Shown here one piece after another: positions 1 to 8,216 of a stretch of DNA of 64,000 nucleotides; position 1 is the stretch's first letter, and the number at the start of each line of letters is the position of its first letter. The notes beneath the pieces were generated by a model. That model searched no databases, was not told the origin of the DNA, and was given only the letters and a program-made list of their open reading frames with translations. Origin of the DNA: an uncultured Prevotellaceae bacterium (GTDB taxonomy: Bacteria > Bacteroidota > Bacteroidia > Bacteroidales > Bacteroidaceae). The stretch is from assembly GCA_900320585.1 (NCBI GenBank), contig ONSV01000020.1, positions 1,775 to 65,774 of the forward strand. Reading direction: 5' to 3'. The position numbers and the translations under genes are program-made.

Positions 1-2
1 CC

Positions 3-752
3 TACGACCATCCTGTCTTTGACGACCTCGTAGGGCTGGAACTCGATGTCGACCAGCGTGGGTGGGGATTCACACCGCTCGTGAGCGTCGACTTCCACTC
101 TGGACCGCTCACCCTGGCCGCCAAGTATGAGTTCCGCACCAAGCTCAACATCCCCAACACCACCAACACCCTGAGTGCCGGACTGGGTGGAAAACTGCAG
201 CAGATGCTGATCAACACCAATCCTGCTGTCTTGCAGACCATCGCCACGACGCTCGACACCAAAACCACAGCCTATAAGGATGGCGAGAAGACGCGCTACG
301 ACATGCCTGCCCTGCTCTCGGTGGCCGCAGGATATGAGTTCACTCCTAATCTCCGCGCCTCGGTGGAATACCACTTCTTCGACGACAAGCATGCCAAGAT
401 GTCCGACGACCGGCAGGACAAGCTCACCCATGGCACCCACGAGGTGCTCGCCGGCGTGGAGTACGACATCAACAAGACTTTCACCGTGAGCATGGGCGGC
501 CAGCACACCGACTACGGACTGAGCGACGACTACCAGACCCACACCTCCTTCGCCTGCGACAGCTATAGCGTGGGTTTCGGCGGCGCTGTCAACCTCAACG
601 AGCACCTCAGGCTCAACCTCAGCTATTTCGTCACGCTATACGACGACTACAAGAAGGATGTGCCCAGCTACTTGGGTACGGGGCAGGCGGGCTCCGACAC
701 TTTCTCGCGCACCAACAATGTCTTCGGCGTGGGCATCGACTATAAATTCTAA
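3..752 (+). CDS. OmpP1/FadL-family outer-membrane beta-barrel protein (5'-truncated by window edge)
   Basis: Frame is open from position 3 (YDHPVFDDLVGLELDVDQRGWGFTPLVSVDF...). Amphipathic beta-strand pattern, RYDMPALLSVAAGYEF segment and terminal aromatic beta-signal GVGIDYKF. Confidence 0.7.
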   Translation, partial: YDHPVFDDLVGLELDVDQRGWGFTPLVSVDFHSGPLTLAAKYEFRTKLNIPNTTNTLSAGLGGKLQQMLINTNPAVLQTIATTLDTKTTAYKDGEKTRYDMPALLSVAAGYEFTPNLRASVEYHFFDDKHAKMSDDRQDKLTHGTHEVLAGVEYDINKTFTVSMGGQHTDYGLSDDYQTHTSFACDSYSVGFGGAVNLNEHLRLNLSYFVTLYDDYKKDVPSYLGTGQAGSDTFSRTNNVFGVGIDYKF

Positions 753-814
753 TTGTGAGTCGGTACCACTACTCGACTCACTTCGCATACTTACTTGATT
801 CAATATACCTGCTG

Positions 815-847
815 TGGGTGCGCCTCGCGACGAGGCGCACCCATTTT
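815..847 (+). terminator. Rho-independent terminator of the porin gene
   Basis: 13-bp perfect stem TGGGTGCGCCTCG/CGAGGCGCACCCA, 3-nt loop, then TTTT. Confidence 0.75.
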
Positions 848-903
848 GCGTTTGCCTTGCTGGGATGGGCAGTGTCTGCTGTCTGACCAGAGAACATGGC
901 ACA

Positions 904-946
904 ACGATAAAGGGTGCGCCTCAATACATGGCGCACCCTTTATCGT
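904..946 (-). terminator. Terminator hairpin for the minus-strand SusC/SusD operon
   Basis: 17-bp perfect inverted repeat ACGATAAAGGGTGCGCC/GGCGCACCCTTTATCGT, 20 bp beyond the SusD stop. Confidence 0.7.
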
Positions 947-966
947 AAAACGGTTTTCCAGGGCTA

Positions 967-3231
967 TTACTCGGGCAGGGTGTCCGACAGGGGGTCGAAC
1001 AGTCCGTCGGCATTGCGGCCCAGGTCGTGCCATCCCACCGTCTGGTGAAGGGTGGGGTTGGTCTGCATGGCGTTCTGGCGCAGGCCGAGGAAGTAATAGG
1101 TGGGACGGTACTTGATGGTGAGCGCATTGTCGTTACCATCAGTGTTCACGTCCTTGCGGCGAAGGAATATGTCGTAGAAGTCGGCGAGTTCCCTCACGCC
1201 GGGGTCGCTGATCGACCCATTCTGGCTGGTCAGGTCCTCATCGAGAGAGATAGGCATGGGGCGGTTGCCTTCGGTGGGGTCGGTGGTCGACGGGTCGATG
1301 CAGTAGAGCACGATTTGGTGACGCTTCGTGCCGTTGAGAGGCTTCACACCCAGATAGGTGCAGGTGTTGCCTCCGAAACCGGTGAGCGCCCAGGTCGACT
1401 TGATGGCAGCCTGTCCCTCTCCTCCGTCGAAGAGCATCCAACGGTGCATGTCGCCATAGCGGTTACCTTCATAGGCCAACTCAATCTGGCGCTCGTAGAG
1501 GATGGCGGCGAAGAGTTTCTGGCGGTCGCCGTTGATGTCTGAGGGCAGACCAAAGTTCTTGTCTGGGGTATAGCCCACGCGGGCACGAATCTGGCGCAGC
1601 GCGTCCAAAGCCTCATCGAAGTGTCCGGCACCACAGGCTGCCTCGGCAAAGTTGAGCAGCACCTCGGCATAGCGCATCGAGATGAGCGGGGCGGCATTCT
1701 TCATGAAGCCCTTCGGATTACTCTGGCTGTTGATATACTCGTAGAACGGGGTGCTGTGCAGGTGAAAGTCATCGGTGCGCTTGCGCACATAGATGGAGTG
1801 GCTGCCACCCTTGTCGGTGGTCTGCGTCAGCAGGTCGGCCCAGTAGCCGTTCGACGTGGTGACCTTGTCGAGGTCGTCCTCGTTGTCGTTCCACATGTAG
1901 CTCCACAGCGAGTAGTCGCGACCAGTGGTGTAGACATCGAGGGGGATGATGCCGTTGAGCGACGCGTCGGTGAGGCTCACGCCTCCCTCGTTCCACTCCC
2001 ATTTCACACCGGGGAAGGCGAAGGTGCGGTAGAAGCGCGGGTCGCGGTTGAGCCAGAACTTGAGCTTGTCGTAGCGGATGCTGCTCTCGCCGGGCTTCAG
2101 GCCGTCGGCCATGGGGAAGAGGTCCACCATCTCGGCAGTGGGGGTATAGCCGCCGCCACCATTGGTGTTGCGCGGACGGATGCTGTGCTCCCAGCGGTTG
2201 TACTTGCCGTAGTCGGGCTGGCCCGACACGTTGTCTTTCGTGTTGTGCAGGGTGATGAACACAGCCTCGTTCACGAAGCCGTCGCTGCCGGTATAGTCGG
2301 TCCAGATGCGGGCCCAGTTGGCACCGTTGTTCTCGCCGCCGTTGCCGGCATAGGCCAGGCCGAAGTTGCCACGTGAGAGTTTGTCAACGGCGGCACGGTT
2401 GGCCTCGTAGGCTTTCTCCCAGCGCGACGGGTCATCGGCGCGGTTGAACACCGGACTGGCATAGTAGAGCAGCATCTTGCCGAGCATGGCCTGGGCAAGG
2501 CCCGAGGTGATGCGGCCGAAGTCGTTGGCCTCGTTGGGCCAGCGGGCGGGCAGCATCGAGGCGGCACGCTCGAAGTCGGCGCACACGAAGTCCACACACT
2601 CCTTGGTGGTCTTGCGTGGCACGATGAGGTCGGAACCATCGCCGTCGGAACCCAGGATGGGGTCTTGCACATGGTCGATGATGGGCACGCCGCCATAGAT
2701 GGTCACCAGGTGGTAGTACATATAGCCACGGAAGAAATAGGCCTGTCCGAGCAGCAGGTTCTTCTCCTCTTCGGTGAGCGACGATTTCTCCACGTTCTCT
2801 ATCACGTCGTTGCAGTTGCGGATATGGCCCCACGGACTGTATACGTCGTTGGCCACGTAGAAGAAGTCGAAGTTGTCGCCCGAGAAACTGTAGGTGATCT
2901 CCTCCTCGGGATTCACGAAGATGGAGAACCCGCCATACTCCTCGGTGCTCTTCGACCACTTGTCGGGATTGCCCACAGGGGTCCAGTCGTTGGGCTTGTT
3001 GGTGCCGTTGCCGTCGCCACCGTCGGATACGGGCAACAGCCAGTAGTAGATGTTGTTCAGACGCTCCTGGGCACCATTGAAGTCGCTGTAGACCGTGGTC
3101 TGGTTGAAGTTGCCGTAGTTCTTCTTCTCCTCCAGGAACTCGTCGCTGCAAGCCGACAGGCTCACCAGGACGGTCGACAATACCAAGGCCTTGCCTAATA
3201 TATTCTTGTTTTTCATCTTGATAGTCCTCAT
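967..3231 (-). CDS. susD: RagB/SusD-family nutrient-uptake lipoprotein (alternative start 3216)
   Basis: Lipobox LSAC-SDEFL; SusD motifs GQAYFFRGYMYYHLVTIYGGVP, RDPRFY, MRYAEVLLNFAEA, ERQIELAYEGNRYGDMHRW; directly downstream of SusC. Confidence 0.95.
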   Translation of the reverse strand: MRTIKMKNKNILGKALVLSTVLVSLSACSDEFLEEKKNYGNFNQTTVYSDFNGAQERLNNIYYWLLPVSDGGDGNGTNKPNDWTPVGNPDKWSKSTEEYGGFSIFVNPEEEITYSFSGDNFDFFYVANDVYSPWGHIRNCNDVIENVEKSSLTEEEKNLLLGQAYFFRGYMYYHLVTIYGGVPIIDHVQDPILGSDGDGSDLIVPRKTTKECVDFVCADFERAASMLPARWPNEANDFGRITSGLAQAMLGKMLLYYASPVFNRADDPSRWEKAYEANRAAVDKLSRGNFGLAYAGNGGENNGANWARIWTDYTGSDGFVNEAVFITLHNTKDNVSGQPDYGKYNRWEHSIRPRNTNGGGGYTPTAEMVDLFPMADGLKPGESSIRYDKLKFWLNRDPRFYRTFAFPGVKWEWNEGGVSLTDASLNGIIPLDVYTTGRDYSLWSYMWNDNEDDLDKVTTSNGYWADLLTQTTDKGGSHSIYVRKRTDDFHLHSTPFYEYINSQSNPKGFMKNAAPLISMRYAEVLLNFAEAACGAGHFDEALDALRQIRARVGYTPDKNFGLPSDINGDRQKLFAAILYERQIELAYEGNRYGDMHRWMLFDGGEGQAAIKSTWALTGFGGNTCTYLGVKPLNGTKRHQIVLYCIDPSTTDPTEGNRPMPISLDEDLTSQNGSISDPGVRELADFYDIFLRRKDVNTDGNDNALTIKYRPTYYFLGLRQNAMQTNPTLHQTVGWHDLGRNADGLFDPLSDTLPE

Positions 3232-3237
3232 TTTTGG

Positions 3238-6200
3238 TTAGAATGATACGTTGATACCCATGGTGTACTTGCGCAGGTTGGGATAACGGCCATAGTTGCC
3301 GGCCCATGATGCCCAGCTCTTGTCGGGGTAGTTGTTGATGAAATTGAGGGCGTTCTGAACGGTGAGGTTCAGACGTACGTTGCTGATGCCGATATGCTTC
3401 ACCCAGCTCTTGGGCAGGGTGTAGGCCAGCGTCACGTTGCGGAGGGTGATGGCGGTGGCGTCGATCAGCCAGTAGGAGGATGCGGCGGCGTTCACGCTGC
3501 TGTAGCGCATGTTGGGCATCGAGGCTGCCAGGTTGGTGGGCACGGTGATGTTGCCATTGGCGTCGTAGATGTCCTGGTAGTTGAACATGTCGCTGAAGGC
3601 AGAGGGCATGTTCACATACTCATAAGAGCCGTAGTTGCTGCTGGCGGCATTGCGGAAGTCGGTGTTCACGAGCATCTTGGCTCCCCATCCTGCCGAGAAC
3701 TGTGCCTGCAGGGAGAAGCTCTTGTAGGTGGCACCGAGGTTCAGGGTGCAGCCATAGGGGTTGCTCGAGTATTCCGACAGGCGGATGAAGTCGTTGCCGG
3801 CAGTGATCTTGCCGTCTTTGGGGGCATAGGTGCCGTCGCCATTGTTGTCGCCGTGGACGTCCTCGTAGATGAGCATGCCCGGACGTACCTCGCTCTTCGT
3901 CATGCCCAGATACTCGGTGATGTTGTTCTTGGCGAAGTATTCCTCGATGTCTTGGTAGCTGCGGAACATGCCGAGGCACTTGAATCCCCAGAGACCACGG
4001 TCGGTGCGCTCGCCATAGACCATGTCGTCGTACTCGGGAATGGCCTGGAAGTTGGTCTTCAGCATCTTGTTGTCGCTGAATCCGGTAGAGAGCTTGATGT
4101 TGTATTTGAAGTCCTTGCCGATCTTGTCGCGCCAGCCGAGGTTCAACTCCCATCCCCAGGCGTCGAGCTCACCATAGTTCTCCGGAGTGGCCTGCGTACC
4201 CACGGTGGTGGGGAACTGCGAGGTTCCGGTGCGGGTGGCGAAGAGCTCGCGGCCACGGTCGTAGTAGTAGTTGAAGTCGACGGTCAGACGGTCGCGCAGG
4301 AAGTGGGCATCGATACCGAAGTTGGTCTTGTAGGTCTTGTCCCAGTGCACGTCGCTGTTCACGCCAGCCTTCGGCATGATAAGGGCGTAGCCTACATCGC
4401 TGTTGATGCCGCTCGTGCCGAAGATGGCACCCTTGGCGGCGTTGCGCTCATAGAGCTGGGTCCAGAGCCAGGCGCGGATGTTGTCGCGGCCCATCAGACC
4501 CCATGAGGCACGCAGCTTCAGGAAGTCAATCCATTTCACTTTGTCCTGGAACCATTTCTCCTCTGACACCACCCAACCGGCACTCACCGACGGGAACTTG
4601 CCCCAATAGTTCTTCGGGGCAAACTTGGTGGAGGCGTCGGCACGGAAGAGGAACTCGAAGAGATACTTGCTGGCGTAGGCATAGTTGAAACGGCCCACAT
4701 AGGAGAGCATACCGCTCTCGCTGCGTCCGAACGACACGTCCTTGTCGCCGGTTCCCGAACTCGACTGCTCGTCCTGGTAGGCGATGAGGTCGGTGATGCT
4801 GCCATAGAGGGGCTCGCTCCATGCTTCGGTCTTCTCGAGCGAGAAGAGGCCGCTCACGTCGTGCTGGCCGAACTTGCGGGCATATTGCAGGGTGAAGTTG
4901 TACTGGTAGCTGTCGCTACGGCTCATGCTGCGGCTCAGCATACCGCCGTTGCTCACCAGGCGCAGCACGCTCATCGTGTTGTCGTTGTAGACGGCATCCG
5001 GTCCGGTGTAGAGGTGCGAGCCAGAGCCGGTGCGGTTGAGCATGCGGTAGACGTCCTGGATGGTCTGCACGGTGTTGGTCTTCGAGTTGCTGATGCTCTT
5101 CGAGTAGGATATTTTGGCAGAGAGGCCTTTCAGGGGCTTGATCCAGTCGAAGTCGAGCTCGATGCTACCGTTGATGTTCAGGTTGTTGGTGAGGTTCTGC
5201 ACATGGTCGCTGTGGTTCTGCACGGCAGCGAAGTTGTAGAGTTGGGTGGCGCTGGTGGGGATGCCGTTCTCCATGCCGCTGTACACCAAGGGGTAATCGC
5301 CCACATAGTCGGGCACGAAGCGCAGGTGGGTCATCAGCCAGCGGTAGTCGTAGTCGGTGCCACCGCCCTGCGGGGTGGTCGAGTTGGTGCGCTCGCCCCA
5401 GTCGCCGCTCACTTGGAGCACGGTCTTCACGTGCTGGCCTATCTTGGCATTGATGCCGGCACGGAAGTTCCAGCGGTCGTAGTCGAGGCGGCCGATGTTA
5501 CCATCCTGGGTGAAGTAGGACACGCCGGCAAAGTAGGTGGCTTTCTCGGTACCGCCGTTGATGTTGATGTTGTGGCGCTGGGTGAGGGCGGCCTTCCACT
5601 CCTTGTCGAGCAGGTCGTAGTTCAGGCTGCGGGCTGCCTCCATCTCGTCGAGCTGGAACAGTTGGGTGCGCAACTCGATGTTGTCTTGCGTCGAGGTGTT
5701 GGCGGCGCGCATCGTGTTATACACCTTCATGTATTCATAGGAGCTGAGCATCTTCGGGGTGTAGAGGGCATCGGTCCAACCGAGCTGTCCGGAGTAGCTG
5801 ATCTTCGGCGCTCCGCTCTCGCCTTGCTTCGTCTTCACCAATACCACACCATAGGCAGCACGGGCACCATAGACGGCGGCCGAGGCGTCCTTCAGCACGG
5901 TGATGCTCTCCACCTCACTGGCGTCGAGGTTGTTGAAGGCGGTCTCTGTCGAGATGAAGCCGTCGATGACGTAGAGTGGCGAGGGGTCGGGGTCGCCACC
6001 GCGGGTGGCATCAGGGGTGGTGGTCCTCGCCATCACGTCGCTCTGGCGGATGTTGAGCGAGGGGCTCTCACCAGGGCGGCTGCCACCGGGATTCACGCTA
6101 ACGCCGTTGAACATACCCACGAGGGCATCGCCCAAGTTGCCCACCGAGAGGTCTTGTATCTCTTTCGGCGAGAGGGTCTCCACGGCACCGGTCACATTCT

Positions 6201-6543
6201 TCATCTTCTGCACGCCATAACCCACGACCACCACTTCCTCAAGGCTCTGGAGGTCTTCTTGCATTTGCACGGTGCCGCCGGGCTTCACCGTCTGGGTCAG
6301 GTAACCGATATAAGAGATGTTGACTTTCGCATTCGAGGGAACGGATATCTCATAGTTTCCGTCAAGGTCGGTCACGGTGCCGGCACTCTTGTCGCCCACC
6401 ACTTGGATGGTGGCGCCAATGATGGGTTCTCCGTTCTCATCGAGCACCGTACCCTTCACCGTCTTGTTCTGTGCGCACACCGACAAGGGCGCGAGCAGCA
6501 GGGCCATGCCCATGCATAAACTGATGATGAGTCTTCTTTTCAT
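3238..6543 (-). CDS. susC: SusC/RagA TonB-dependent transporter
   Basis: Signal peptide from MKRRLII (ATG at 6543); GTVTDLDGNY, LEEVVVVGYG, PLYVIDG, ESITVLKDASAAVYGARAAYGVVLVKTK; C-terminal MGINVSF. Confidence 0.95.
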   Translation of the reverse strand: MKRRLIISLCMGMALLLAPLSVCAQNKTVKGTVLDENGEPIIGATIQVVGDKSAGTVTDLDGNYEISVPSNAKVNISYIGYLTQTVKPGGTVQMQEDLQSLEEVVVVGYGVQKMKNVTGAVETLSPKEIQDLSVGNLGDALVGMFNGVSVNPGGSRPGESPSLNIRQSDVMARTTTPDATRGGDPDPSPLYVIDGFISTETAFNNLDASEVESITVLKDASAAVYGARAAYGVVLVKTKQGESGAPKISYSGQLGWTDALYTPKMLSSYEYMKVYNTMRAANTSTQDNIELRTQLFQLDEMEAARSLNYDLLDKEWKAALTQRHNININGGTEKATYFAGVSYFTQDGNIGRLDYDRWNFRAGINAKIGQHVKTVLQVSGDWGERTNSTTPQGGGTDYDYRWLMTHLRFVPDYVGDYPLVYSGMENGIPTSATQLYNFAAVQNHSDHVQNLTNNLNINGSIELDFDWIKPLKGLSAKISYSKSISNSKTNTVQTIQDVYRMLNRTGSGSHLYTGPDAVYNDNTMSVLRLVSNGGMLSRSMSRSDSYQYNFTLQYARKFGQHDVSGLFSLEKTEAWSEPLYGSITDLIAYQDEQSSSGTGDKDVSFGRSESGMLSYVGRFNYAYASKYLFEFLFRADASTKFAPKNYWGKFPSVSAGWVVSEEKWFQDKVKWIDFLKLRASWGLMGRDNIRAWLWTQLYERNAAKGAIFGTSGINSDVGYALIMPKAGVNSDVHWDKTYKTNFGIDAHFLRDRLTVDFNYYYDRGRELFATRTGTSQFPTTVGTQATPENYGELDAWGWELNLGWRDKIGKDFKYNIKLSTGFSDNKMLKTNFQAIPEYDDMVYGERTDRGLWGFKCLGMFRSYQDIEEYFAKNNITEYLGMTKSEVRPGMLIYEDVHGDNNGDGTYAPKDGKITAGNDFIRLSEYSSNPYGCTLNLGATYKSFSLQAQFSAGWGAKMLVNTDFRNAASSNYGSYEYVNMPSAFSDMFNYQDIYDANGNITVPTNLAASMPNMRYSSVNAAASSYWLIDATAITLRNVTLAYTLPKSWVKHIGISNVRLNLTVQNALNFINNYPDKSWASWAGNYGRYPNLRKYTMGINVSF

Positions 6544-6579
6544 ATCGTTTTTTCTTTTTTCGTTCAACATGGGATGGGG

Positions 6580-8028
6580 TTATTTCAGCCAACGGGGGTC
6601 GCCGGTCTTACGTGCCACTTGCTCCGCGCCAGTCGGGGTGAAGTTGCCATTGGCGGCATCCACGAAGGCGGGGTCGGTCTGCAAGGCGTTGTTGCTGGTG
6701 TCGTACTGGTTGGTAGAGAAACCTTCGGTCTCAGGGGCACCGTCAAACCAATAGGTGTTGTAACCGAAGATGTTGACGGCGGCGGAGCTGATACGGCCTG
6801 TCAGGCGGCGGGGCACCTGGCCGTTTCCACAGTCTACGAAGATGTTGCTCACAATCTGGTAGTTCGAGGTGTTGCGGCCGTCGAATCCGCTGTGGTTGGC
6901 CATCTGTCCGGTCTTGGCGATGTTGTAGAACGTGCAGTTCATCAGGTTGATGGAGTTGGTCAGGTAGCCGGCACGGTCGCAACGGCATGAGTTGTTGTAG
7001 CGGATGAAATACTGCACGGGATTGCTGTTGGCACACCAGAAGGTGCTGTTCGTGGCGGTGAAGTCGTTGATGAAGCCGCCACCGTCGTAAATCTGGAAGT
7101 AGGCGGTGCTGCTCATCTTGTCGTCGGGGGTGAACTTCACCAGCGTGTTGCTGATCGACAGTGTCTTCACACAGTATTTCACCTTGTTGTCGAACATGAA
7201 GGTGCGCACCACGTTGTTGATGATACAGTTCTGGAAACTCACGGGATCCACAATCTGGTAGTAGTTGTTGTGGTCGGCGTCCAAAATCGAGGGGTCGGGC
7301 TCGGCACTCAGGGCCAGCACAGGCTGGGTAGAGGCTCCACACTCGAAGGTGATGTATTTGGCCTTGAAACCGCTGCAGGTGGCCAGACCGCCCTCGGCAC
7401 CATAGGTGATGGTGGCGTTGTTGGCCTTGCTGCTGGTGCGCAGCGTGACGGTGAACTTGCCGAAGTCGAGCACCTGCGACACGGTGTAGTGGCCACCGGG
7501 GGTGAGGTCGAAGTTCAGGTTCTGGCCTTTGGCGCTCTCGGGGATGGGGTTCTGTGCAAACCATGCGGAGAGGTCGCCTTCGGGAATGGAGGCATAGGAG
7601 GCCTCAAACGTGTTGAACAGCTTCTCCGTGGCCTGGGCGGCAGCGGTGTTGTTCAGTTTCTCGTTGCCCAAGGTGCGGATGGCAAGCCTGTAGTTCACGT
7701 CTTCCTCGCGGCTGGTGGTGAACGAGCAGCCGTCAACCGTCTTGTTGACCAACGGGGTATTGGGGTCGCTCAGGTCGTAGAGCGCCACTTCGTAGCCACC
7801 GGCACCATATACCACTGGCCAGGCGATGGTCATCTGGTCGCCGTCGGTGTTGGGCGTAATGGTGATGTCGCCTTCTGCCGGTGAAGCCAGCTGGGAATTT
7901 CTCACGTCACTCTCGAAAGTGTCGTTCCCATCATAGGTATCGGCACAGGATGTCATCAGCCAGGCGCCCACGACAACCGTGGCAAGAGCGCATAGCTTCT
8001 TGCTTGATACAAATGAGAATTTGTTCAT
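6580..8028 (-). CDS. Surface lipoprotein, FN3 plus right-handed beta-helix (DUF4992/DUF4957/DUF5123-like), putative pectin-binding SGBP
   Basis: Lipobox LMTSC-AD; Asn-ladder beta-helix segments (NSTFW, NCTFYN, SNIFVDC); C-terminal TGDPRW; first gene of the SusC/SusD unit. Confidence 0.75.
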   Translation of the reverse strand: MNKFSFVSSKKLCALATVVVGAWLMTSCADTYDGNDTFESDVRNSQLASPAEGDITITPNTDGDQMTIAWPVVYGAGGYEVALYDLSDPNTPLVNKTVDGCSFTTSREEDVNYRLAIRTLGNEKLNNTAAAQATEKLFNTFEASYASIPEGDLSAWFAQNPIPESAKGQNLNFDLTPGGHYTVSQVLDFGKFTVTLRTSSKANNATITYGAEGGLATCSGFKAKYITFECGASTQPVLALSAEPDPSILDADHNNYYQIVDPVSFQNCIINNVVRTFMFDNKVKYCVKTLSISNTLVKFTPDDKMSSTAYFQIYDGGGFINDFTATNSTFWCANSNPVQYFIRYNNSCRCDRAGYLTNSINLMNCTFYNIAKTGQMANHSGFDGRNTSNYQIVSNIFVDCGNGQVPRRLTGRISSAAVNIFGYNTYWFDGAPETEGFSTNQYDTSNNALQTDPAFVDAANGNFTPTGAEQVARKTGDPRWLK

Positions 8029-8137
8029 AAATAAGTTATTAAGTTATACATGTATAATTCGAATCTATGGTTATGACGCGGGCGTGGGGGCTTTGTAATC
8101 AGAGCGGCATGAAGAAAATGGTGTGGGCGCCCTACAG

Positions 8138-8172
8138 AAAAGGGGTGCGCTCCTCTTGCGGAGCACACCCCT
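8138..8172 (-). terminator. Terminator after the 711-aa secreted protein
   Basis: 13-bp stem AGGGGTGCGCTCC/GGAGCACACCCCT (the one mismatch is G-U on the minus strand), followed by a U-tract on the minus strand. Confidence 0.65.
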
Positions 8173-8216
8173 ATGGGATGGGGAAACTCATGGTGGAGTT
8201 TCCTGGAAAGGTCGGT

